64,000 nt of DNA. Origin: Eledone cirrhosa (Eukaryota). The stretch lies in assembly GCA_964016885.1 (NCBI GenBank), contig OZ024748.1, positions 28,830,001 through 28,894,000 of the forward strand, read 5' to 3'. Shown piece after piece: positions 1-13,749 of this stretch. Made by a program: the position numbers and the translations under genes. Numbering within the stretch: position 1 is the stretch's first letter; each line of letters begins with the position of its first letter. The notes under the pieces were generated by a model that was not told where the DNA came from, did not search any database, and saw nothing but the letters and a program-made list of their open reading frames with translations.

Positions 1-779
1 GCCGTTGTACCGCGAAGGCTCTGACTGGCAAATTACAGGGCTCACTGTGGATTGCGTCGTAAATATACCTCTCACAGTGAGGTTTGTGGTGGTGTCAATA
101 AGCCTCCGGTTCTTCATATCCACCAGAAGGTTGAAGTGGTGGAGAAAATCGGCTCCTAGGATCGGGATCGGCAGGTCTGCCACGACGAACACCCATTGAA
201 AACGCCGCCTCAGGCCTAAATTGAGGGTCAGGGATTTTCCCCCGAAAGTGGGAATTGACGATCGGTTCACTGCCTGCAGAAAGGACGGTGTTGGGTGTCT
301 TTTGCCCGAGATTAGTGAAACCGGAATAACACTAACCTGGGCTCCTGTATCCACGAGGTAACGGATGCCTGTCGCCTGGTCGTTAATAAAAAATAGACGA
401 CTTTTCTTTTCAGTACCAGGGGTGAACGTCGTCGCCAGGCCCTGGGTGGCATTCCGGAAAGAGCACGGGGCTTTGCACTTAGATGCCTGTGCGCCGAAAT
501 TTGTGTGATACCAGCAGAGGTTGCCAGGCAGACAATTTTGACTGGGACTACTGGATCTTCGACTGTGAAAAGGCCTGGATCGTCTGTTGCTGCGTCGCCG
601 GTGTGTTTGAAAGGTCAAGTTCTCTAGTTGATTCGAGAGGGCTTTAATTTGACCAGCCCGCTCTCTGATCATAGCCCGCAGCTCTGAAATCTCGGCCTCT
701 GTCGTTTGTAACATGTCCATTTTGATATTTTCTTAGGTGCTGTCTGGTTGCGCGTTCGACTCACATTAGGGTCACCAAT
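1..779 (-). mobile_element. Ty3/Gypsy LTR retrotransposon internal fragment (gag knuckle, aspartic protease, PBS), degenerate
   Basis: Minus-strand translation gives LCWYHTNFGAQASKCKAPCSF (gag) and RYLVDTGAQVSVIP (protease). PBS-like TGGTGACCC lies immediately inside the LTR end (~769-777). Confidence 0.85.
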
Positions 780-1623
780 TGTAGCAACGTGGTTAGTCCG
801 TTTAGTCACTACTTCTGATCAGATCCGAGAATAGCCCTTAGAAGGACTCTTATCGCATACGGTCTGATCAGATCTGTAGCGGTTGTCTCCCTTGTTTGGA
901 TTAACATCTAGACGGGAAGTAGAACCTTTTCTGTAACTTCCGGTCAGAACCCTATAAAACTAACAACTTTAAGTTCTCACTCTCTCATTTGGCTCTGCCT
1001 CTCATTTGGCCTTCCGGCGCCTGGCTGGCCTTAGCCAGGCGTCCTCTGCCAGCCGCGTTTGCCTGGCAATCAAAACGGTAACGACTAACTTTGTTTCATT
1101 CTATCATCTATTTCTTTGACATGACAACTATACTATCTACCATTGTTAATTAAATATTATCTACACAAACAATGTATTCCTTGTTACATTCATACAACCC
1201 AGTGTTTACGCTACAGATCTGAAGATAGCCCTTAAAAGGACTGTTGTCGCATATAGCCCTTAAAAGAACTGTTGAAGATGGACAGACGAAAGCACAAGTT
1301 GCAAGGACGAAGCAAGGTGAGATGTAAATTCGATCAGCTATTTATTTTCACATGAAGCGACGATACGAGGTACAAGGCGTGTGTGAGTGACAAAGCGTGG
1401 CAGAGGCGAGGAACAACGATGCGCTAGCTGACTCTGCCAAAAGTCGACTAGCGAAGTGTTTGGAACCACTCTATTTATACAGAAACAATCGTTTGATGTT
1501 TAGCCGATGTGTAGGCGTTTATTCTGGTAGGTTTTAAGGGTTCTTTTGTGTCACGTTGAGGTAGCTAGCTAACAGGTAGATGGCGCTGTATATTTCACAG
1601 ATGTTATTTCCGGTGGCTGTACA
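780..1623 (-). mobile_element. 5' LTR of the Gypsy element, interrupted by a nested solo LTR
   Basis: On the minus strand it ends ...GCTACA just before the PBS, with TATAAATA at ~1472 and AATAAA at ~1341. The distal boundary is approximate. Confidence 0.6.
875..1215 (+). mobile_element. Solo LTR with 4-bp TSD (GATC)
   Basis: Termini are TGTAGCG...CGCTACA, with GATC at 871-874 and 1216-1219 and an internal TATAAAA. Confidence 0.7.
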
Positions 1624-2145
1624 CATTCATAGGTTTGAACCTCTTTGCAGTTGCAGGATGACGACCGGGCCCACGTTGCGATGCCATGGGACACCTGTCG
1701 GCCCAGACTCCTTCACAATAAATTCCAGAGCCCTTACTGCCATTGACTTCAAGGTGATCATAGAGATCGGTGCAGTTTTAGGCTACGGCCATCGACACGA
1801 ACCTGTAACAGATCCTGAACAAGCAATGTCTGTACTTTGAAGGTGCACTCGACCAATCCCACTCTCTGGGCATCGAAAACACTACCCGAAAAGGAGAATT
1901 GGTTAACGTCATCGGAAGCCGCAGGTTTTTTTGTTTTTTTTCAAAGTTTCCCTCTCCTCTAGAAAGGTGTTGTGACAACAACTGGGGGCCTTTCATTCCC
2001 AGGTAAAAAAAAAAAAAAAAAACCTGCAACCCCACTAAGCCTTCTTGATGAGAAGGATGATATTTGGACACCCTGCGAGATGAAATACAAGATCCAGCAG
2101 AGGGCGGAGGAACTCAGCAGAGTCAATGGCCATCCAAATTGTATA

Positions 2146-2252
2146 TACATGCATGCATACATACATACATACATACATACATACATACATACATACATAC
2201 ATACATACATACATACATACATACATACATACATACATACTAACATACATAC
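2146..2252. repeat. (ATAC)n microsatellite
   Basis: Directly visible tandem repeat. Confidence 0.95.
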
Positions 2253-2263
2253 AACCCAATCTA

Positions 2264-3275
2264 ACATTTTTATCAATGGCCTAACTGTTTCACCGATATC
2301 TGACGAGGACTGCTACAGATACTTGGGGATGGATGAGAATATATCCTATAATGGCATTTGTAATAAGGAACGCGTAAACAGGGAATATTACATCCGATTA
2401 AGAAACATGGTCATCGGAACTCTCTGTGCACAATAAAACTGGCATACAATGTTTGCTGTACCTGTCCCAACACTAACGTTTTTGAACAATTGATGTTAGG
2501 ACTCGAAAAATACTAAACAACACCGGAAACTTCCACATCAACTGTGACATAGACCGCCTCTACTGGAAACGTAAGCAGGAAGGCAGAGGCCTAACATCAG
2601 TCCAGACAGCATTTGAATGTCGCATCATGTCCCTCCGACAACATCTACGAACCTCGCAGCATAGGAGCCCGTCTCACGAGTAAGTCTATCTGCATGAAAC
2701 AGATAAGATCATGAGAGTTGGGAAGGAACTCCTCGAGAGATATTCCCTGTGTGATAATCAAAAACTCATACCCAGGGAAGTCGCTCAGCAGTATCGCAGT
2801 GAATCCATGGATGAAAATCTGCATGCTTATCAGCAAAAAATCATTAATGGATATGTTGCCAGGAAGCTCCAAAGTGAGAGTAATATAGATAAGCAAAGTA
2901 GTCTATCTTGGACCAACAACCGCTATATTGGCTCCCACTTTGAAGGATATGCTTTTGTAATCCAAGAACAGGAAATCAACACAAAATACCTGATTCACAA
3001 AAGAAATAGGGATGCAGGCAAAATACCTAGATGTGACAAGTGCAGACTCTGCAGAATTAACATCGAAGCAGCTGTCCAAAGGTGTCATAACGGTACTATC
3101 TACCTATGAGGCATGATGTAGTGACCAAAACACCACAATGCAATCCATAGAAAAGATAGCCCCGACAATAAACATTAAAAGTTACAGCAATGTGGAAGAG
3201 ATATACATATGAAAAAGTACTGGTGGATTTTCCAGTCAAAACCCCAATAAAATGCAAGTATAACAGATCATACAT
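2264..3275 (+). mobile_element. Degenerate R4/Dong-type non-LTR retrotransposon 3' fragment (RT thumb, CCHC, RLE)
   Basis: Peptides YRYLGMDEN, DIDRLYWKRKQEGRGL, VIQEQEINTK, CRLCR and RHDVV appear across frameshifts. Confidence 0.75.
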
Positions 3276-4366
3276 ATTTATGCCTTTCACTATTCCCAAC
3301 ACACGCATACTCACTTTACACTTACTCATGTAAGAAAAATTCTCTACTCAACATTTGCACTAAAAGAGTTACCTCCCCTTCTAAAGTGCATTTTCTTCTT
3401 CAAAGTGAAGATTTGTGTTTTTGATTTCCTGATACATTTCGTCTGAGTTCTTACCTTATTATTTCTTACTAACTTCTTCCAGTGATTTTACCTGTTTATA
3501 TCGTTGTCTGGTTCTGTTCTTTACAATTGATGACAGTAACAGTAAGTAAAGACTTATCGTCACTTCTCTTCACTGAACTAAAATAGACAATTTGTTACGA
3601 GAGTGGCAGGCGCGAGTCAAACTCGTTTCGATTCACACGTCGTTTACTACCTTTAAGAAAGTTGTAAACAACACACGATAACATTATCTTCCACTGTAAA
3701 ATTAACAATTTAGTGTCTCTGAAAAAATAATTTTATATTTTTAAATAAAAAAGACAAATGTTTTCTGTCCAAATTTCATATTGTATCATATCTCGTAATA
3801 GTTATTTATTGGTGATACCATTGTGTTGGTTAGTTGATAGCTAGTTGTGATATACGTTGCAAACGGACACTGACGAAATAAAGCGCTTCATAAACAGACA
3901 GGGTTCAATAACCTCGCCTTTTCTGGCTAATATATGTATATCACCAGAGTTTGATATTTGTTCTTCCTTAGCTATCGTAAGTCGGACCCGGTTTCCCTAG
4001 AAATCTTTGTTATCTGCGATAGATTGGTGTTTTCTCTTTTTTTTCTTTCCTCCGCTCATCGCCTTGAAACCGCACCTAGGCACCACTCTTTATCATAGTT
4101 CATTGCCCGCCCTCCTCCTGTAAGGTTTAATGTGAATACATTAATTATTCTACTAGTATTATAACGAGGTTGATTCATTTAATTACCTACATATTCATTT
4201 TATAACATGGCTGGATTTTGCCCGTTTTTCAGTGTTGTTGTTTAGGTGATGGTGGTTAAAGTATGTTTATTATTGGGTGGGGGTGTCATTTGCAGTTAAA
4301 GTAGCCTCAATAATTCGCAACTGCTATATGTCTTAAAGTTTGATTACTACACCCATTGTGTGTGTA

Positions 4367-4400
<34 letters not shown>

Positions 4401-4403
<3 letters not shown>

Positions 4404-4700
4404 TGTACCTCCGGTATTCGCGGAATTTTCCTTAGAACCTAATAATTGTTCGTGAAAACCATCGCATATTCGCGGAATCGTAAATATCTACCACGGTTTT
4501 TTTATGGCTTTTGTCGTGGCAATATATATCTTTTCACGCCTTTTAACGCTAAATTATAACAATATACCATATTTTCTGGCTTATATTTGACGTTATGTTT
4601 TGACGTTTATAGACATTTTTATGGACCACGTCCGATATTCGCGGTTTCTCTTCGTGGATGCTGTAGGAACGTAACCCCTGCGAATACCGGTGGACAACTG
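4401..4700. mobile_element. Tc1/mariner(pogo)-type MITE
   Basis: Imperfect TIRs CAGTGTACCTCCGGTATTCGC / GCGAATACCGGTGGACAACTG flanked by TA. Confidence 0.75.
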
Positions 4701-4897
4701 TATGTGTGTGTAAGTTTGTTTTTGAAACAGCGAAGTTTAAAATTTAGTAGAAATACAAGTTTTCGCCGTATTTTTGGCTAAAGAAATTTTACCCTGATAG
4801 TGGGGTTTAAAACCCTCTAAAATGGAAAAGGATGAAAAGACAACGGACAGTCACATCTAAGTCAATAACTAGTTTCAGTTCATTATATGGAGTTACG

Positions 4898-5232
4898 GGC
4901 GGTGGATTGGCAGTATCGTTAGAGGGTCGGACGCCATGCTTTGCAGTACAGTTACGTCCCTTTACGGTCTGAGTTCAAATCCCGCCGAGGTTAACTTTGC
5001 CTTTCATCCTTACGGGGTCGATAAAATAAAGTACCAGTAATACACTGGGATAATTGCTGGCCTTGTGCCAAAAGTAGAAACAATTATATGGAGTTACGGT
5101 CCTTTACTTTCTGAGTTCGCCGTGGTTAACTTTGATTTTCATCCTTACGGGGTTGATAAAATAAAGTACCAGTAATGCACTGGTGTATTTGCTGGCCTTG
5201 TGCCATTTGCTGGCCTTGTGCCAAAAGCAGAA
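4898..5232 (+). mobile_element. tRNA-derived SINE plus partial tandem copy
   Basis: A-box/B-box head (TGGCAGTATCG...GAGTTCAAATCC), core GCCTTTCATCCTTACGGGGTCGATAAA, tail GCTGGCCTTGTGCCAAAAGTAGAAA. The family is repeated many times in the window. Confidence 0.85.
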
Positions 5233-5435
5233 ATAATTATATATATATAATTGAATATATATATTCAATATTAGAAAAAAGTCAAGGATATGATATAATT
5301 ATTTATTCTTTCATTTCTACATACGCAAAAAAATGTACACACACTTCAACACCATTCTAATAAGTAATGCCTGTACAGGTAATAAAGTATATATGTTAAC
5401 ATTAGGGTTGATTGTTGATAAATAGATTTAATAAT

Positions 5436-5611
5436 TATTTCTACTTTTGGCACAAGGCCAGCAAACACACAGTACATTACTGGTACTTTATTTTATCGAC
5501 CCCGTAAGGATGAAAAGCAAAGTTAACCTCGGCGGTATTTGAACTCAGGCCGTAAAGGGGCATAACTCTGTGCTGGAAAGCATGGCGTCCGAACCTCTAC
5601 CGATACTGCCA
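5436..5611 (-). mobile_element. tRNA-derived SINE (same family), inverted relative to the 4898 copy
   Basis: Reverse complement of the 4898-5083 copy. Confidence 0.85.
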
Positions 5612-6485
5612 TAAAAAGATTTTAAAATAAAGGGTAAAATATCTCTATACAGTAAATAATTAAAGGTGCATAAAATCTGCAAGTTTAATAAATAACAAGA
5701 AAAACTTGAATTGTAATTATGTAAAGTATACAATAATTAAATGTATTTTACTATACCCATCAATATCCAACTTGAATAAAATTAACGGCCTAACACCAAT
5801 AAGGAAGTAGGTATGTAATCAGCAGTAAGTAAATAAATAAACGTGTGTGTTTATTATTCCAAAACAGTCGGAATATTTAAATCTGAACCAAGATTAATTC
5901 TAACTACATACATTTGCTACCACTAAAAATAATTCTTTAATAATGTCTATCATTTTTCTTAAAGCTTTTTCTTATGAATATAAGATTGTAAATTTCTCAC
6001 AAAACACCATACCTGCACAGACACCATAATCTAAATATAATTAAACTGTCTATTGAAGCTAATGTCTCGCTTTTAATCTTGTTAAAGCTTATTTGAAAAA
6101 CACTTTTAGGGAAACCCTATAATTCTTGTGAAGAAAATCTATAGTGGTTGGAGATTTCTCGTGATTTTGTACTTTCTTTGGTGTTCTTGCTACCTGTCGT
6201 TGCTGTTGTGATTGATATATACGAGTAACCTATGTGAAATATCGGTATGCTGAAATAAACTTTGAAGATACCGATCTTGAATTCCTGAATGTCCTAATAT
6301 AAAACAATAAATAAATTTAGGAAAAGGTTTTTTTAATAAATCTAAAGAAGTTTCTTTTAATTTTAAAATTAAAAAATCTGTAACTATATGACCCCGGAAT
6401 ATGTTAGTTTCAAAATACATTGATTCTTTGGTGTGTGTGTGTTTTTATAAATAGTATATATATGTATATATATATATGCCTATAT

Positions 6486-6721
6486 GGCACTGCTTTGCTT
6501 TTGTCTGTCAAAAGTGAAAGTTTGCGTCTCAGCAAGCGGTGAACCCCGCCTACAGTTCCTCCCGTCGTTTATATCCGTAAAGTAACTAAAGATTAAAACA
6601 AATGTAATATATTTACGGTTAGGGTTAGGGTTACATTTGTTTTAATCTTTAGTCACTTTACGGATATAAACGACGGGAGGAACTGTAGGCAGGGTTCACC
6701 GCTTGCTGAGACGTCAGTGCC
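6486..6721. mobile_element. Palindromic MITE with central telomere-like GGTTAGGGTTAGGG (PIF/ISL2EU-like)
   Basis: GGCACTG...CAGTGCC ends with AT flanks and ~80-bp near-perfect inverted arms (6526-6607 / 6631-6713). Confidence 0.7.
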
Positions 6722-6835
6722 ATATATATATAATAAGGAGTTGAGGGACACAGCACATTTAACAATGCCAGGACCGATTGTATATATATATATTACATTG
6801 AAAATAAAACCAAATACTGCTAATTATATCATATT

Positions 6836-6923
6836 TTAATTAACATATGTTTCATCCATCTTATTGATTATACTTACCAATTAATTAATTATATAACCCA
6901 ATAATTGGAATCTTCAGAATTAA
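6836..6923 (-). ncRNA. Type I hammerhead ribozyme with long stem II
   Basis: UUAAUU-CUGAAGA-[stem II UCCA..UUAUUG..UUAUA/UAUAA..CAAUAA..UGGA]-GAAA-CAUAUG-UU-AAUUAA. Stem III is palindromic and the cleavage triplet is GUU. Confidence 0.7.
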
Positions 6924-8699
6924 TAAAACATAAGTAACATTTTACCTCAAAAAAACGCAACGGAACATTTTGTTTACAATTAAAAAAAAACCAACGTCAT
7001 AATAGAGAATAGTACGTAACACATATTTTGACAGGCATTTAAAGGAATAAACATAATTATGTGAATTCTATAATAAGGGTTGTTGGCAATTTTTTTTTTT
7101 TTTGCACAAAAAAGCTGTATAAATATTAGTTCTCAAGAAGGAGAAGCAAATTTCCTGTGTTAGATTTATGCACATGCATAAATCCGTACTTATATGCACG
7201 ATAATATACATACGTATAAACTCCCACATATACATTTCTTCCATTGAACTAAAAATTCATATAAAGAAACATCAAAGTAAAACAATAGATTTTAAGTTCA
7301 TTACAGATGAATGCATAAATATACATACGCAAACATACATAGATATACATATATATATATATAACCCAACTAATTAAGACTACGCATATGTAATACAATA
7401 TGTACATACATATAAATATACATATACACACGTATATATATATATATACGTACATACATACATACACATATCCATAAATCCAAGAGAATATATATCAACA
7501 CATGCATATATATAAAAACACATCTTGAATTACCCACATATATATATATATACTGTTTCCCCACACCCCCACACACACACATATAGAGAGAAAGAAGAAA
7601 TCATAAACATATTTAAACACAAGTACATGTATAGATACATTCATAAAATTCCCAAATACTACATCCATATATATACATGCATAGACGTAAATACATATAA
7701 ATGCCCACATCATCATCATCATCATCATTTTACGTCCGCTTTTCCCTGCTTGCAAGGGTGGGACGGTTCTTATTCAGCACAGCATCTCTCCACTTGTCAC
7801 GGTCCTTCGTCATCTCCACTGTGAGCTTCAGCGATAAAACAGGAATCAATCACATAAATTAAACATTTACCTATAGATTAGGACACTACATAATATATAA
7901 TGCTCCTGAGCAAAATATGCTAACAAGCAAAGTGCATAATCAAACATTGACAATATAACCAACCACAATGCTCACAACAACATATACATGTATATATACC
8001 TACACCCCCACATATAAATGCACAGTTGCATATCAGCTTCTACAAACAAAGGAAAAATTCTCATGATGGGTTAGTTGAGTTAGTAGTAGATGGGTTAGTT
8101 GAGTTAGTAGTAATTTTGATATATAGTGTCCTTAAATTAGAATTCCTATTAGAAAAAAGTAGTTCCCCTAATATCTATACCTATATATATGCGTTCTATT
8201 ATAAAGATTTTATCAATTGCTACTAGCCGATCTAATTAAACATTAAGTAACCAATGGTTTGTTACGTTATATGTAAGAACCTAAATGCATATGTGTATAC
8301 ATAAACCTATATATACACCCATATATAGACACATACATACAACCATATACCGACATGTATACACATACATATATACACATACATACATACATACATACAT
8401 GCATGTACATATACATATAATTGTTTCTGGTTGGGTTTCTACGGCTGGATGCCCTTCCAAATACCAACCACATTTACAGTGTGAGCTGGTTGCTTTTTGT
8501 CATAACACCCACATGACCACTTTACAGTGTGGGCTGGATACTTTTTGTGATACCAACATAACTTTACAGTGTAAGGGTGGTGGGGACAGGAGTGAGTTGA
8601 TGGGTGTGGGGGCATGCTGGATGTATGAAAGGGGGTATTATGGTTAAGAGGTGCCTACTTGATGTATATTTGAGTCTGTGCACATGGGAAGGCACATGA

Positions 8700-9575
8700 T
8701 CCTATGTAATTGTTTTTGAGAGGTGCAATTGTGCAAGGTCAGCTTTTATCACATCATCCCATGTCTTCCTAATCCATAGCTTCCATCAATTTTAACACCC
8801 TGCACCTTTTTATACAGCTGTCATCCTTCATACGCATGACATGACCATACAATGCAATCTCCTCTTTAGCAATCTGATCTCTCTTATACCTAATTTCTCT
8901 CTCAGTTCATTTACGCTTTGCCCTTTATGTATATTACTATTACACATCCATCTGAGCATGCATGCTTCATTTCTTTCCAATCTACGCAGGTCCTCTGCAC
9001 ACAGTGCCCAGGTCTCACTACCATGTAACATTGCTGTTTGTATACTTGCATCGTACAATTTTCCCTTCATTTTAAGGTAAAAGCCTTTTGTAGCTAACAG
9101 CGGTATTAGCACTAACTTTCTCCATCCCATTTTTACTCTGGCAACTGTACTTTCGGAACACCCTCCTCCACTGCTGATTTCATCACCCAGTTACAGAAAG
9201 TGTTGACTATTTCTATAGAACTGACTGGGCATTTGAAGTAGGCACTTGCTACTTACTACACCTGAGCATCGGCCACATGTAAAACCTACATTGTTTGATA
9301 GCCTGCCTGTGATCCCACTATATATTTTATGTACTCATAGCTTGCATTTGGGGCATAGAATGGAATTTCTACCTACTCCTTTCCTGCACACTGAGCAAGG
9401 CCATTTCCCAGAGGCAATCCAGGCCCTGTTTTCCTTTATACATACTGAAACTTTAGTCTTAGACAAGTTAACTTTAAGACCTTTTGATTCTAGGCCATGC
9501 TTCCAAGTTTGGAATTTCTTCTCTAATTCTGCCATAGATTCAGCTCTGAGAGTTAGATCATCTGTATACAGTCTT
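8700..9575 (-). mobile_element. RTE-clade LINE 3' fragment, degenerate
   Basis: AMLHGSETW, RRLERNEACMLRWMC and WPCSVCRKG motifs. Confidence 0.85.
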
Positions 9576-10199
9576 AAACTCTTCTGTTATAGCCTGAAGG
9601 GTAATAATAAACAGGAGAAGTCTAAGGCGAAGCATAAAAGAATTAAGAGAGAGACTAAGTATAAGAGGTATCAAATGTTGTGTTCTGGAGAGGAGATTGC
9701 GTATGAAGGATGACAGCTATATAAAAAAGTGCCGGACAATTAAAAATGATGGAAGCTACGGAGTGGGTAGAGAAGAAACACCTGGGACGAGGTGATAAAA
9801 ACTGACCTTGCTCACTTACACCTCTCTAAGACAATGTCACTGGATCGAGACCTTTGGCGCTATGCAGTTGTACAGAAGACTCGACTGCCCTTGCATACAA
9901 ACCTACAGTCAGTAGGCACCTCTTAACCTAATGTACACCCCACACTCTACCCGCTCCTCCCTTTCCTGTTCTGTCCACTGTGTCAATGACACAACAGTCC
10001 ACACTGCAAGGTGGCTATATAGGAGGCATGGTAAAAAGGCTCCCAGTCCACACTGTAAATGTGGTTGGTGTTAGGAAGGACATCCACTGTAAAAAAACTT
10101 GCCAGAGACACTTCTGTGCGAGCGAGAAACGGTCTCCCGACCTCTCCTGCATCAAATGGATCAAAACCGTCTAACCCATGGACATTAAACGATGAAGCA

Positions 10200-11830
10200 G
10201 GCACTGTTTGAAACTGAAAATGAACTCAAACTGTACCATGAAAATGAGAGGGCAGAAAGAGAAGCCAGGGCTTTAGAAAACACTGCGGGATAGGGCCACT
10301 TTTCCATAAAAGTGGCCCACTGACTGCACACCCCCAATATCAGCCATAGAGGAAATGAGACCAAATTCAGCTGCTGACCCTGATGGTTTTCCAGCAATCT
10401 TCCTAAAAACATGCAAGTGAAGATGAGAAAAAACACTGCAGTCCCTCTTCCAAATATCCCATGTAAGTGGTAAACTACCCAGAAAACTAAAAGAAGGCAT
10501 AATATGTCCTATCCATAAAGAAGAAAGCAGAGCAGATGCTAAAAACATACAGACCTAGCTCCCTGACCTCCCATATCAGCAGTCAAATCATCATAAGGAA
10601 ACTGATCACTTTTCTAGAGAAAAATGATCTTCTGACACCTAGCATCGCTTTCGCTCAGGTAGAAGTTGTCTTATGCAGCTCTTACAGCATTATGATTGGA
10701 TACTCAAAGAGCTGCTAGACTGTTCGAAAGTAGATGTGATATATTTCAACTTTTCAAGGTTGATCATGGAATGATGTCACAAACTACATAGCTTTGGCAT
10801 AGCTGGAAAACTAGGTGAATGGTTTCATGACTTCTTAAAAGACAGAAGCAAGACTGGTGCTGCCAATAGGACCCTTTCAAAGGAAACATCAATAACAAGC
10901 GGCATACCCCAGGGAACCGTTTTGGGCCACTACTGTCATGCCCTCTGTAATACAGACAGCCTCCCTCACAAGCTATGCTGATGACAAGAAAGTAGCACAG
11001 ACAATCAAGAAACCTGCTGATTTTACTCGCTTACAAGATTTAGATGCCATAAACGGATGGGCTGAAAACAACAATATGCAATTTTATGCATGTAAGTTTC
11101 AAACCCTCCCACAAACATAGGACCACCACAACAAAGGTACACTGGACCAGGAGGAATCGAAATCTCTCAGTCAAAATCAATATGGGACCTGGGTATTGAC
11201 ATGAGCAATAATGCATCATTTCATGCCCACATCACCAAAATTATGGAAATGTTCAGGCAGCTGGCAGGTTGGATTCTGAGGACATTCAAGCCAAGAGACC
11301 CGGAAACCATGTTGGTCTTCTGGAGGACTTTTGTCCTCAGCCAACTGGACTATTGCTCTCAGCTGTGGTCACAGAGTGTCAAACTAACTGCAAAACTTGT
11401 AGCAATCCAATGAAGCTACACAAAGAGGATTTTCTCAATAAAAGAGATGAGCTATTGGAAGAGGCTGAATAAACTAAAGCTTTACTTCCTAGAGTTAAGA
11501 TGGGAGAGATACAGTGATATACGTATGGAAGATCCTGGAAGGGTTAGCACCAAACTTTGGCATTGAAGGCAGAACCAGCTTATGAACATGACGCCACTGT
11601 GTAGTGCCAAAGGTCTTATCTATTGCATGAAGAATAAGAATACTGCAATAGCCTGGGGTTCAAGGGACCCCAGCTTTTTAATAAGCTGCCAAAAATCTGA
11701 GAGATCTACATGGTGTGCATGTAGATGTTTTCAAGAGACATCTCAACAGTCTACGAACCAAGATCCAGGATGAACCCACAGCACGAGGCAAAGCACAAAT
11801 AAGAGCAGCAGCAACAAATTCCCTTTTGCA
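10200..11830 (+). mobile_element. CR1-group LINE RT fragment, degenerate
   Basis: YRPSSLTS, SGIPQGTVLG, SYADD and FVLSQLDYCSQLWS motifs, with frameshifts. Confidence 0.8.
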
Positions 11831-12667
11831 TCAGTGGCCAAACAAGGAAGGCTGGCTATAGAAAGTGCAGCATCAATGGCCTCAACCCCTCGGCTGGAAA
11901 ATGTAATTGAGTAATATATATTTATAAATATATATAGAGAGAGAAAAGGTGTAATTGAAAATAGCACAGAAAATATATTTAAGGATCTGTTTTTCTTTTT
12001 TTTCCTTTCTTTGATTCGTCAAATTAACATTATTGAAAAAATGAGAGGGACAACAATTCTTTTAAAACAGTTTTACAATGTACCATATTTCCTTGCATCG
12101 AAGACGCTACTTTTTTCCTAAAATAAGTTTCAAAAATGTACCATGCGTCCTGGAGGCTGAAATTTTTGAGTGTCTTCGGCACCAGGAAATACGGTATATA
12201 AAATATATAAAATATAACTGGTTTCGATGTATTAGTAAAATCCATCTTATCAAATGTTAAGTATTACAATTAAAAAAATTAATAAGAATTAAAAACTAAA
12301 AATTAAAGATTTAAAAGTGTTGAGACAAGTTTCTTCATCTCACACATACACACTCATGCTCTCTAAAATCATGTTCCAAAAATAGATGGGTAAAACCATA
12401 GGTGGGTACTTTCTAGACTTGAGGTTGAAAATATTGGCAGAACTTGGCAGCATTCCATCAAAGCTTCAATCTTGACTGTGGTCTGGCAAGAGTTACCTCC
12501 CTTGATTTTCCTTTCTAATTTTAAAAAAAAACCGCAACCCCTTTTTAACGAATTCCTAAATCACAATCAACCCCAGGCAGTCATCTTTATTTTCATTTTT
12601 CTTATGACAGACTGAATGAGTTGAGGTCCAGAACCCAACGAAACTTAAGTACCTGTTTATATCACTG

Positions 12668-13125
12668 TTGTAAGGTCGGCTTTTATCACCTCATCCTAGG
12701 TCTTCTTGGGTCTCCCCACGCCAAGGCTTCCATCGACTTCTAGTGTCTGCACCTTTTTATGCAGCTGTCATCCTTCATATGCATCACATGTCCATACCAA
12801 CGCAACCTCCACTCTTGCACACAACATTTGATTCCTCTTATGCTCAGTCTCTCAATTCATTTATGCTTTGCTGTTCGCGTATATTACTATTACACAATCC
12901 ATTGGAGCATGCAAGCTTCGTTTCTTTCTAATCTACGCAAGTCTTCTACAGACAGCGCCTAGATCTCACTACCATGTAACATTGCTGTTCGTATACACGC
13001 ATCATACAATCTGCCTTTCATTTTGAGGGAAAAGCCTTTTGCAGCTAGCAGTGGCAGTAGCTCCCTGAACTTCTTCCATCCTGTTCTTACCCTAGTTATT
13101 GTACTTTCCGAACACCCACCTCCGC
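12668..13125 (-). mobile_element. RTE LINE 3' fragment
   Basis: GWKKFRELLPLLAAKGFSLKMKGRLYDAC motif. Confidence 0.85.
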
Positions 13126-13473
13126 TATATATATATATATACACATTTTTTTTATAGATGTACATCAGCCTATAACACACATGAATACAAACATTTCCAT
13201 ATTCAGGGACAGACACACATGTCCGCAATCATACACAGATACCATGTTTGTGCATATCTACTCACATGCACCTCTATGCATGCCAGCATGCATAGAGGTG
13301 CATGCACATGTATGCATACATGCATATATATACACGTGCACACACATATTTGCATACACAGACACACATTTACACATTTATTCGTGAATACAAACATATG
13401 AATCCATATATTTAAGTGCATATACATAGAAACATACACTTACACATACACGATTACACACAGACTTGCACAG

Positions 13474-13518
<45 letters not shown>

Positions 13519-13749
13519 AACAAATAAAGATATATAGGGAGAAATTGTTCATAAAAAGGTTCTTCTGCTTGTTTGTGTGGTGTAGTCCTGATAAGGCCGT
13601 GTTAGGCTCTGCCTTTACTTAGAGGTTCACATTTCTCGGGGTCCATTGTGTGCAAGCAGTTCATCACAATCTTGTACCTCAAGTTGATTCTGTGTTCCTT
13701 AAGCTGATGATTTCAGCAGAATCTGAGAGGCACCACTGTCACTGTCTAC

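Noticed and set aside
1580-1925. GC-richer ORFs next to the LTR
   Set aside because: No recognisable motif; probably a TE remnant.
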